Assembly: GCA_044870765.1 (NCBI GenBank)
Contig: JBIOZG010000003.1
Span: forward strand, 1 to 21,763
Length of the DNA: 21,763 nt
Source: Nitrososphaeraceae archaeon
GTDB taxonomy: Archaea > Thermoproteota > Nitrososphaeria > Nitrososphaerales > Nitrososphaeraceae
Direction of reading: 5' to 3'
Shown here piece by piece: positions 6,642 through 14,702 of this stretch. The position numbers and the translations under genes were made by a program. The notes under the pieces are model-generated. The model was given only the letters and a program-made list of their open reading frames with translations, ran no database searches and was not told the origin of the DNA. The first letter of the stretch is position 1; the number at the start of each line of letters is the position of its first letter.

Positions 6642-8150
6642 ATGCCTGAATTAAGTATACCAGGGCTTTCAAGCTTGGTAGGACAAGCAGCAACTGAAAA
6701 GTTCGATTCTGGAATAATATTACTCATGAGTCCTCCTGGAGGAGGCAAAACGCTCTTCTGTAGGCAGATGATTATAGAGAGCCTGCAAAATGGATCTGCC
6801 TGTATATATATTAATTCGAGTATGACCCGCAAGGAATATCAAAATCTCTTTGACACTATAACTGATGAAAAAATTGACAAACTGAAATTTCTGAATCCCT
6901 ATTTAGTATCCACTAGTAATAAAGAATCAGATCCGTCAGCTAGTATAAACGAACCCAAGCTCTCAGCTACTCTTCAAGAGATACAGAATACAATAGATCA
7001 ATGGTCCTCTGTTACCAATACAAACACAGAAACGACTCAGGAATCTACATCTTCTCTAAATGACCATACAAAGTATGCCATAGTCCTTGATTCTCTGACA
7101 CATATGTTTACCCTATTTGAGGAAGACAAAGTATTGAAGTTTGTAAACGCACTATCATTCCTTATTAAAGAATTAGAAGCCACCGCACTTATTACAATGT
7201 CGGGTACTCAATCTAGTAATGGAGAAATTCTGAACAAGCTGAGTTCAATATTTGACATTGTCGTTGAGATAGAAGCTCAAGAAGATTCAGATAAGATAAA
7301 GCGAAAACTAAAATTAGTATCAATCAAGGGAGGAGGTAGCAAATCAGCCTCAGCCCCTTTCAATATAGAAGAAGACGGCAAATTGAAATTTGAATCAGAA
7401 GCAAGCGCAAAATCAAAATTATCTATATGTGGTCTTTGTAAGGCACCCATTTTAGAAGAACCGGAGTATTATCTAGATATGCCCTTCCATCACAACCATG
7501 TAAGTATTTACATGAAGCTTGCCGGCGCCTTTGGTCAAGCACGTGTATCGGACGTTGGTCCTTCGGGGGTTATTGATGCTGCATTTTTCTTTGTAGATGT
7601 AGTGGGGTTATCAGACCCAGCTCTGTCGGTAAGAAGACAAATAGAAAAGATTGAGGCATTAAATGATATGATAGGTCATTGCGATACCTTCAAAAAAGCA
7701 TCTGACAAACGAGTTCTGCCCACAGGTGATGGTATGGCAATAGGTTTTATGTTAAGTCCTGAATCTCCGCTTCAACTGGGAATCGATTTGCATCAGGCTT
7801 TAAAAAAGTATAACTCTCACACCAATAAACAAGACGGATCATTTCTCGATGTTAGAATCGGTCTCGCTTCAGGATCAGTCTTTATTGTTAATGATGTTAA
7901 TTCTAACCAGAATATTTGGGGACCAGGTATAATTTTTGCGAGAAGAGTCATGGATGTTGGGGACGGAGGTCATATTTTGTTAGCAGGACCACTAGCCGAA
8001 TCCTTATTGGCATTGGATGACAAGTACAGAAGTATTGTCAACCTACTTGGTGATTTTCAGGTAAAGCATGGCCAGATAATAAAGATATATTCAGCATATT
8101 CTCCAAATGAATTTGGCAATTCTGCAATACCCGGACGTTTCAAATCATAA
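6642..8150 (+). CDS. KaiC/RAD55-like RecA-superfamily ATPase fused to a Zn finger and a class III adenylate/guanylate cyclase domain
   Basis: Walker A SPPGGGKT, Walker B IVLDSLT, KaiC-like SSIFDIVVEI...RKLKLVSIKG; CGLC-x16-HHNH; cyclase motifs FFFVDVVGLS, PTGDGM, VRIGLASGSV, NIWGPGIIFARRVMD, GHILL, VKHG. Confidence 0.9.
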   Translation: MPELSIPGLSSLVGQAATEKFDSGIILLMSPPGGGKTLFCRQMIIESLQNGSACIYINSSMTRKEYQNLFDTITDEKIDKLKFLNPYLVSTSNKESDPSASINEPKLSATLQEIQNTIDQWSSVTNTNTETTQESTSSLNDHTKYAIVLDSLTHMFTLFEEDKVLKFVNALSFLIKELEATALITMSGTQSSNGEILNKLSSIFDIVVEIEAQEDSDKIKRKLKLVSIKGGGSKSASAPFNIEEDGKLKFESEASAKSKLSICGLCKAPILEEPEYYLDMPFHHNHVSIYMKLAGAFGQARVSDVGPSGVIDAAFFFVDVVGLSDPALSVRRQIEKIEALNDMIGHCDTFKKASDKRVLPTGDGMAIGFMLSPESPLQLGIDLHQALKKYNSHTNKQDGSFLDVRIGLASGSVFIVNDVNSNQNIWGPGIIFARRVMDVGDGGHILLAGPLAESLLALDDKYRSIVNLLGDFQVKHGQIIKIYSAYSPNEFGNSAIPGRFKS

Positions 8151-8244
8151 TACTAGTTGCTAGTATATGATATTGATACTGCAAAATAGACCTTTAGTAG
8201 ACTATAAAAGAATCCCGATAAAAGAACAAAACATTTGTAAGTCC

Positions 8245-9231
8245 TTATTGAATCTTTAGTACAGCCCTGAATCTCAATTCTCCTTTAACTACTTTGTCAT
8301 AAGCAGTATTCATGTCGTCCAATGGAAACGATTCAGTCATAACACGAACCTTACCTTCTGCTACATAATCCAGTGCTTCATACAGATATTCTCTATCATT
8401 TTGAAGTGATCCTATGATGCGTCCTCTGCCCATAAGTAAATGTCCTGTCACAATTAGAGGCTCATTAGATATTCCCATTAAGACTAGTCTTCCATCTGGT
8501 CTCAAACCCTTTAGTGTCTCACCTGTTGCTTTGTAAGAGTTACTTGTCGCTAGGATCACATCTGCCCCGCCGGCGTTTTTTAGACCCTTTCCATCTGACA
8601 CCACAACATCAGCTCCGAGTTTGTATGCTAATTCTTCTTTATCTTTGGAATGAGTAACAGCAATTGTTTCAAAACCGCAAACTTTGGAATATTGAATTGC
8701 CAGATGACCCAAACCACCTACGCCAACAATTGCTACACGTTCATGGGGCTTGGGTTCAGCAATTCTCAAACCACTATATACTGTATATCCTGCACAAAAG
8801 ATTGGTGCTGCCTGTTCATACTGCAACCCATCAGGAAGTAGCTGTGTAGCATCTGCATAAGCCACCATATATTCTGCATGACCTCCGGCAATGTTAACAC
8901 CCGTACCTATTTGTTCTAGACAAAAAAGTGACTTTCCTCTCTGGCACCATTCACATCTGCCGCAAGTATTTTGAACCCATGGGACGCCAACCCTATCCCC
9001 TATCTTCCTAGTTGTTACATTTTGACCCAATTCTACTATTTCACCAACTGGTTCATGACCTATCGTATTGGGAAAACTAGCAGGAAGCACACCTTCTGTC
9101 ATGTGTACGTCAGTATAACAGATACCGCTTGCATGCATCTTGATGAGAACCTGATCAGGTCCAGGCTTGGGAATCGGTACATCTTTTAATTGCCACGTGC
9201 CATGCACTTCTGGAACTACTGCTGCTTTCAT
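8245..9231 (-). CDS. adh: Zinc-dependent alcohol dehydrogenase (MDR family, AdhP/CAD-like)
   Basis: GICYTD, GHEPVG, structural Zn site CGRCEWC-x7-C, FCAG, Rossmann GVGGLG, C-terminal RFRAVL. Confidence 0.95.
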   Translation of the reverse strand: MKAAVVPEVHGTWQLKDVPIPKPGPDQVLIKMHASGICYTDVHMTEGVLPASFPNTIGHEPVGEIVELGQNVTTRKIGDRVGVPWVQNTCGRCEWCQRGKSLFCLEQIGTGVNIAGGHAEYMVAYADATQLLPDGLQYEQAAPIFCAGYTVYSGLRIAEPKPHERVAIVGVGGLGHLAIQYSKVCGFETIAVTHSKDKEELAYKLGADVVVSDGKGLKNAGGADVILATSNSYKATGETLKGLRPDGRLVLMGISNEPLIVTGHLLMGRGRIIGSLQNDREYLYEALDYVAEGKVRVMTESFPLDDMNTAYDKVVKGELRFRAVLKIQ

Positions 9232-9345
9232 TTTGATTCAAACTCTTTGTAAGGTAGGCCTAAATTATATCTTTTGAGTACGTGAAATAAAATGAAAATG
9301 GTATTATTGGATATCCATAAATAAAATAAAGCTCTTTAGATCTCA

Positions 9346-9540
9346 ATGCAACGAAAAATTATTAAATTATCGTTGATAGTATTGCTATTTGTCTTTTCAG
9401 CAATAACAATTGGTATTACGGGCGTTGATGCAATTTGGCCATTTGATCAGATGTTTTCACCACAATCGCCGCCACAAAATAATCAAACTAACAGCTCAAG
9501 CCAATTATCGGGTTCACCTGCAGGCCAACCTCCATACTGA
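9346..9540 (+). CDS. Small secreted hypothetical protein
   Basis: 64 aa. Basic N-terminus, hydrophobic core, VDA cleavage-like site, P/Q/S-rich tail. Confidence 0.6.
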   Translation: MQRKIIKLSLIVLLFVFSAITIGITGVDAIWPFDQMFSPQSPPQNNQTNSSSQLSGSPAGQPPY

Positions 9541-9590
9541 AAATATCAATTGTATATACTGTTATAAATTTTTGTGAGTATACATATAAC

Positions 9591-10208
9591 ATGCGCTACA
9601 TTTTGACGGTGATAACTATTGCAATCATATTCTCGTTACCAAATATAGGTTTTGCCCAGAATTCTGAAAATGCGTCACAATCAGTTGGAGCAGAAGTAAA
9701 ATTGATTACCCCTATATTGCAAAAGATATCTGATAACGGAACATATTTAATTGCCATAAAGTCTGGACAATCACCCATTTCAACAGGATTAAATTTGGAA
9801 ATTTTATTTTTAAATAAAACGTCCCCATACCTGAATGCTCCACCTCCTAACGCCGAGTCCAATCTCTCGAGTACTGAATACAATAAAAGTAGCGGTTTGG
9901 TAATACCATCCGTGATAGAAAGAACACTTCCTGTAAAAAGTTATGATATAATGATAAATTCAAGTGACGGCAAAGAAATATGGAAGAAGACAAATCAGGT
10001 ACCTCAAGGAGGAAGAGGACCTCAGACGATAATGCTAGAGAATTATGGCATTGGAAATATAACTATAATTCTAAAGAACATAGTACCTAGCCCCGAACTT
10101 GCTGATACAATGAATGTCCAAAATAAAAGCAACTTTACTCTTTCACTTCCAGACACCAATTCTCCAACTGACTCTGTAGAGTTTAAGACAAAGATCATTA
10201 TTGTCTAA
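9591..10208 (+). CDS. Secreted hypothetical protein (beta-rich)
   Basis: 205 aa. Signal peptide ending GFA-Q, several N-x-S/T sequons, TTATAAAT at 9562-9569. Confidence 0.8.
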   Translation: MRYILTVITIAIIFSLPNIGFAQNSENASQSVGAEVKLITPILQKISDNGTYLIAIKSGQSPISTGLNLEILFLNKTSPYLNAPPPNAESNLSSTEYNKSSGLVIPSVIERTLPVKSYDIMINSSDGKEIWKKTNQVPQGGRGPQTIMLENYGIGNITIILKNIVPSPELADTMNVQNKSNFTLSLPDTNSPTDSVEFKTKIIIV

Positions 10209-10439
10209 TATGTTAAACGAGGTCTGTAGTACAGTGACGATATTACAAAATTACTACTGATGTTTCACAAGCTTGCTTTGGAAACAGTACATCTAACAAC
10301 TTTTTTGCTTCCTATATCTTAGGCTAATCTTGACAAATCCACAATTAATGACTCGAACAGCTATCTCTAATCGGTTTTTGAGCAGAAATTTGATCTTTTC
10401 AACTATAATCCTTTAATACTTTATAGGATTGACAAGTAT

Positions 10440-10679
10440 GTGGACCCAAGAATAATCATGATTGGAATTGCCATTGCTATAGTCCTTTCAGGTGGAACAG
10501 GCGTTATGGCGGCCAGTAACAATACTGGAAACAACACGGATATCGGAACAGCTCAGCAACTTGAGCAACTAACCAGCAATAATTCGTTAGCAAACGCTAG
10601 CACTATGACCAGCTTTAATGACACAACTAATCAAACTTCCAATCAAACCTCAAATCAGACTGGAAATATGTCTGGATAA
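10440..10679 (+). CDS. Small secreted N/T/S-rich protein ending TGNMSG
   Basis: 79 aa, GTG start. Signal peptide, NQTS/NQTG repeats, TTTAATA at 10411-10417, downstream T7. Confidence 0.75.
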   Translation: MDPRIIMIGIAIAIVLSGGTGVMAASNNTGNNTDIGTAQQLEQLTSNNSLANASTMTSFNDTTNQTSNQTSNQTGNMSG

Positions 10680-10687
10680 AGCCCTAA

Positions 10688-10694
10688 TTTTTTT
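10688..10694 (+). terminator. Oligo-T terminator candidate
   Basis: T7 starting 9 nt after the stop codon. Confidence 0.45.
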
Positions 10695-10803
10695 GGCTGT
10701 GTATTTATTCTCGTTAACCCAATCAGACTGACATATTGTTCTAATTAATAAACAAATCAGATAGTTAATATTGATAAACTTTAATGCCCATTATATTTCT
10801 GGA

Positions 10804-11025
10804 ATGATGTCAAACAATAAGGAAATTCTCAAGATGATAGCAATTTGCCGGGAAGTTAGGGACGTAGCAAGTAAATCTCAGATCTTGAATCGTATCAATC
10901 ATGCGCTCCCTGTGGAATCGCGTATATCGATTCCTTCACTTATTACTGGCGACGGAATCGACAATCTATTGAGTTGGATCGAAGTAAAGATCTCACCACC
11001 AATCTATGGACTAACGTCAGCCTAG
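10804..11025 (+). CDS. Small helical hypothetical protein
   Basis: About 73 aa from ATG 10804/10807 (track starts at TTG 10771); globular-looking composition. Confidence 0.6.
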   Translation: MMSNNKEILKMIAICREVRDVASKSQILNRINHALPVESRISIPSLITGDGIDNLLSWIEVKISPPIYGLTSA

Positions 11026-11144
11026 GCGATGCCCTAAGGTAGAGCACAATAGGCGACGTAAAATGCGATAATTTTTTAGCGTCCGGAACGTACAGGTGCA
11101 GGTTACTTATCCCAGAGGTCAAGTTCTAAAATTAGTAAACGTGC

Positions 11145-11270
11145 TCAGCGTTTTTCATCGTCTTTTGGTTGTCCTGGTTCTGGTGCCGGCTCAGGTTCGA
11201 CATCACCTGGCTCTTCTGGTTCGGGTTCTACCTGCCCCATTGTATAACAAATATCTGTTATTTTTGACAT
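11145..11270 (-). CDS. Small acidic Pro/Glu-rich protein
   Basis: Below the track cutoff. (MSKITDICYT)MGQVEPEPEEPGDVEPEPAPEPGQPKDDEKR*, with in-frame ATGs at 11270 and 11240. Purine-rich coding-like composition on the minus strand. Confidence 0.55.
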   Translation of the reverse strand: MSKITDICYTMGQVEPEPEEPGDVEPEPAPEPGQPKDDEKR

Positions 11271-11372
11271 GCTATAACTGAGGCTTAAAACTATTTATGC
11301 TTTATAGTAACAGGGACCTGCACCTGAGTACAAAAATAAAAAAATTCTAGGATTGTTTAAAAAATGAATGGA

Positions 11373-11587
11373 TCAAGCAGGTTCGCTTGAACCTTCTTCA
11401 TCTACCATTTCGCCTGCTTCTTCGCAAGCAGGTTCGCTTGAACCTTCTTCATCTACCATTTCGCCTGCTTCTTCGCGTAGGTTTTCTGGCGGACCACTGG
11501 TTTCGGGGTCATTCTCTGCAGCTCCTATTTTTTTCTGGTTTTATGTGCAGTTTCTATGTCTTCACTTTCGTTTTTTCTGTCACTCAT
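11373..11587 (-). pseudogene. Small acidic hydrophilic protein gene, frameshifted at an A7 run and carrying a 51-bp duplication
   Basis: ATG 11587 gives MSDRKNESEDIETAHKTRKK* (TAG 11527-11525). The -1 frame continues IGAAENDPETSGPPENLREEAGEMVDEEGSSEPACEEAGEMVDEEGSSEPA* (TGA ending 11373). Confidence 0.65.
11374..11475. repeat. Perfect 51-bp tandem duplication
   Basis: caagcaggttcgcttgaaccttcttcatctaccatttcgcctgcttcttcg at 11374-11424 and 11425-11475. Confidence 0.95.
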
Positions 11588-11746
11588 TGTTAACATTGTT
11601 AAGTATGTATCAACTTCAATCTGTTTCTCGGTACAACGAATTTATCATTACCTAGACAAGGAACAAATGACTGTTGGGCACCTATCTAAAATAAACATCT
11701 AAATTTTCTCTTCTCAACTCAATTACTTATGCGAACGTTTCGATTT

Positions 11747-13114
11747 TCATGTTAATTTAGACAATATTTCAAATGAGGCTAGTCTAAAAGCAGAAATACC
11801 CGTCCTGAAAGGATAAGCACCGCCACCCTTGAGAGTTCTTGGATTTAACCATTCGTAGAAAATTCTGTCGTGATTAGCATTGTTGTTAGGATTAGAGTAC
11901 AGTAAATTTGAAAGTAAAATAGTACATTCACTAATTTGTCCAAAACGAAATCTGGTTAGCAACTCGATTGCTGTTATCCACGGCCAGTGAGTGTAATTAT
12001 GATATTCGTTTGATTGTAGAATCCAAGGGCCAGTTTTTTGAAGCGGCTTTTCTGTTACCAATGGGATGTCTTTAACCCAAATTCTTTTTCGTAGTGATTC
12101 TAGTGCTAGTATCATTCTTTTCTGAATTTTTTCATAATAATATCTTTGATTTAACGATTCTTTTTTTTCTGGTTCAGGACTAATCTTTTGCAAATTGTTA
12201 TTGTTATTGTTATTGGTAACCAACGACGTATCAATTAGCTCCTCGGTCATGGCGAATACATAAAAAATAATATCTTGATAAAGAATCTCTGACGAGCCAT
12301 TCCTGGTAGTTTTACCGGAGTCAATATTGACATAGCATTTACTTTTTTCAGACCACATTTTGGATTCGATGGAATTTATGAGACGTGCCGCGATTGATTG
12401 TATTCTTCGTGCATCTTCTTTTTTGCCAACTAGATTTAATAAATTAGCAAAGCCGGACAAGCCCAATAACCAGCAGCCTTGACTATAGACTACGTTACCA
12501 TCACGCAGAACAGTATCCATCCAATCCTCATTGTACTCCTGTTCAAGCAACCCGTCACTATCTTCATCCCTTGAAAGAAGATAATCTACACTTCGAAAAA
12601 GGTACGGTAGTATGAATGAAATCATTTCGGAAGTTTGCCCAGATTTATTTTTACTTTTACCATCATTTTGATTTATCATTTGCACGAGAATCCAGGAGGA
12701 TACATAGATCATTAATGCGGTAGAATCAATATCAGGATTAAGAGCATAAATCTCTGAAAAGTTATCATAGATTGTAGTGGGAAGCGCACCGCAAAAATTC
12801 TTGATGGTTTCCTTGCTGGCTCTTAACGGAGTAAATTCAGTCTTTGGAGAACCTCTTCCGTAAATTAGATTGTTAGAATCACTTCCTATTTGATTCTTCC
12901 ATATGTGCTTTAATTGACTAAATACTTCAATGTGATTACCCGTAACAAATTGGTCTCTTAGTATATACGCTGCATCCCTGCACCAGACTGCCTTATAGTA
13001 ATCTCCAGGTTCTGTGCTTTGTGTGATATATTTGTCAGTACTAGCCAAAAAGTTCGCTAGGGAACTCACTGTCTTGCCCTGTACATTAATCCCATCCATC
13101 TCTGCAACTTTCAA
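11747..13114 (-). CDS. Six-hairpin (alpha/alpha)6 glycosidase, amylo-alpha-1,6-glucosidase/GDE C-terminal-like
   Basis: YYKAVWCRDAAY, DIDST, DEDSDGLLEQ...EDWMDT, YHNYTHWPW, FYEWLNP. Exact GH family not assignable by eye. Start TTG 13114 or ATG 13099. Confidence 0.8.
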   Translation of the reverse strand: MKVAEMDGINVQGKTVSSLANFLASTDKYITQSTEPGDYYKAVWCRDAAYILRDQFVTGNHIEVFSQLKHIWKNQIGSDSNNLIYGRGSPKTEFTPLRASKETIKNFCGALPTTIYDNFSEIYALNPDIDSTALMIYVSSWILVQMINQNDGKSKNKSGQTSEMISFILPYLFRSVDYLLSRDEDSDGLLEQEYNEDWMDTVLRDGNVVYSQGCWLLGLSGFANLLNLVGKKEDARRIQSIAARLINSIESKMWSEKSKCYVNIDSGKTTRNGSSEILYQDIIFYVFAMTEELIDTSLVTNNNNNNNLQKISPEPEKKESLNQRYYYEKIQKRMILALESLRKRIWVKDIPLVTEKPLQKTGPWILQSNEYHNYTHWPWITAIELLTRFRFGQISECTILLSNLLYSNPNNNANHDRIFYEWLNPRTLKGGGAYPFRTGISAFRLASFEILSKLT

Positions 13115-13204
13115 GTCTTTGCTGTGCTGACATTAGTGTAGCTTATTAATTATACTATTGTCGTGGCAACTCCTACAAGCCTTGCAGACTAAATTAGATT
13201 TGAT

Positions 13205-14353
13205 TTATGATGTCACGCGGCTGGCAAGTAAATTCTTAAGACCGTCCTTGAAACGCTTTTTGCCGAATTTCTTAACAGAATTGCTCAAGTGTAGTCGTTG
13301 GTGAAGACTTGCGTTCATGGATCGCATAATAATTTTGGCCGCTTCTTTGGAATTATTATACCTAAGACTTTCAGGCACAAATTCTGTGTTACCACCAAAG
13401 CTGGGTACTACAGGTACTAACCCTGCGGACATTGCCTCAGCAACACACATTCCAAATGGCTCTCCTACTGTTGGATGGAATAACACTTTTGACTTTGCAA
13501 AGACATGTAACAAATCATTTATGTCGACATTTGTTTTCAGTTCGACCATGTCGGAAAGTTCGTATTTCTTGACAAGTTTTTGAAGATAACTATAGTAAGG
13601 ATAATATGATTTTGAAAGATTCCCAACAATAGACATCTCAAACTTAATGTTCATGTTTTTAAGAACTTTGGCGACTTCTAGGGCCAGCTCAATGTTTTTA
13701 TCGGGATTATATCGTCCGAGAACCACTATTCTATTCTCTCTGGAATTAGAAGTGACTACCCGACTAAAAAATTCAATATCAACTGGAGGGTAAATTATGA
13801 GAGGTTGTGCATATGGGTAATACAATTGAACTGCTTTTGAACTAAATACAGAATTGGTTATTACCGTGGAATTATTGATCATTTGGTTATATACCGCAAG
13901 AGCTTTTGAACGAAGTTTATCCAGAGATGTATCTTTGTAATCGGACATATGTAAATAGTTTCGTAAAACAGTATCGTACTTTAAATTGTGAATCAACTCT
14001 GGAACAAGTGGATAATGACAATATGTGATAAGCATTTGTCTATTGGCAGCAAGCATATGGGATGGAAGGATATCTCCATGTGCATTCATGATTATATCAT
14101 ACTCATTATTATCATATTGCACATTGGAGTCCCCTAACAAAGAATTGATATCCGTTTTAATGACAGTATTGACAAATTTCCGCAGTTTGGAAATTCCAAA
14201 AATTCTTTCAAGTTCAGTCCAGTTCGGTTTAGTAAAAGTAACTAGATCTACTGAAAAATCCAGTTCCTTTAGTGTCTCAAGTGACGCTGCGGCCAAACGC
14301 TCGGCACCGCCCCCGGCGTTAAGGTCTTCGTGAATTAACTTGACCCTTTTCAT
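13205..14353 (-). CDS. GT4 family glycosyltransferase (ALG11/ALG2-like motifs)
   Basis: GGGAERL, YCHYP, NSVFS, IIYPPVD, GRYNPDKN, EPFGMCVAEAMSAG (E-x7-E). Confidence 0.92.
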   Translation of the reverse strand: MKRVKLIHEDLNAGGGAERLAAASLETLKELDFSVDLVTFTKPNWTELERIFGISKLRKFVNTVIKTDINSLLGDSNVQYDNNEYDIIMNAHGDILPSHMLAANRQMLITYCHYPLVPELIHNLKYDTVLRNYLHMSDYKDTSLDKLRSKALAVYNQMINNSTVITNSVFSSKAVQLYYPYAQPLIIYPPVDIEFFSRVVTSNSRENRIVVLGRYNPDKNIELALEVAKVLKNMNIKFEMSIVGNLSKSYYPYYSYLQKLVKKYELSDMVELKTNVDINDLLHVFAKSKVLFHPTVGEPFGMCVAEAMSAGLVPVVPSFGGNTEFVPESLRYNNSKEAAKIIMRSMNASLHQRLHLSNSVKKFGKKRFKDGLKNLLASRVTS

Positions 14354-14702
14354 CTCACTAGTTTAACTTCATATTTTATTAGCAGGTTCACTAATTTAAT
14401 TCTTAAGTAGTATGTCCCACTGAATAGTACATGGAAGTTCTCAAACAATCTAAATTCCTTATTGAAAATTATCGATGTTCCCTGTGTCGACTTTACTTTA
14501 AAAGCCTTGGAGAGATGCAAAAGCATATGTTAAAGAGCCATATGCTTAAACTAAATAACTTGCAAGTTTCGCCATCCTGATTCAACCAGTTATGATTCCG
14601 TACCTTTAACATTTGAAATTTTGATCTGCTAACTAGCACTTAACCCATTTCGAATAATATAGTTGATATAATAATTGATACTCATTCAAAAAATATCAAT
14701 TC

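Noticed and set aside
6642-7400. Circadian clock KaiC
   Set aside because: Single domain, degenerate catalytic residues, and no kaiA or kaiB in the window.
7575-8150. Pycsar/CBASS-type antiviral system
   Set aside because: No adjacent cNMP-binding TIR or TM effector and no defence-island context; only the possibility of unusual nucleotide specificity is retained.
8150-8166. 7-bp inverted repeat ATACTAG-ttg-CTAGTAT (and a similar TTCTAT/ATAGAA at 20811-20825) between convergent genes
   Set aside because: Short and AT-rich, so expected by chance; archaeal termination does not need hairpins.
11096-11655. Plus-strand ORFs 11096..11281, 11368..11655 and 11387..11593
   Set aside because: Antisense shadows; the minus strand carries the purine-rich, acidic coding signal.
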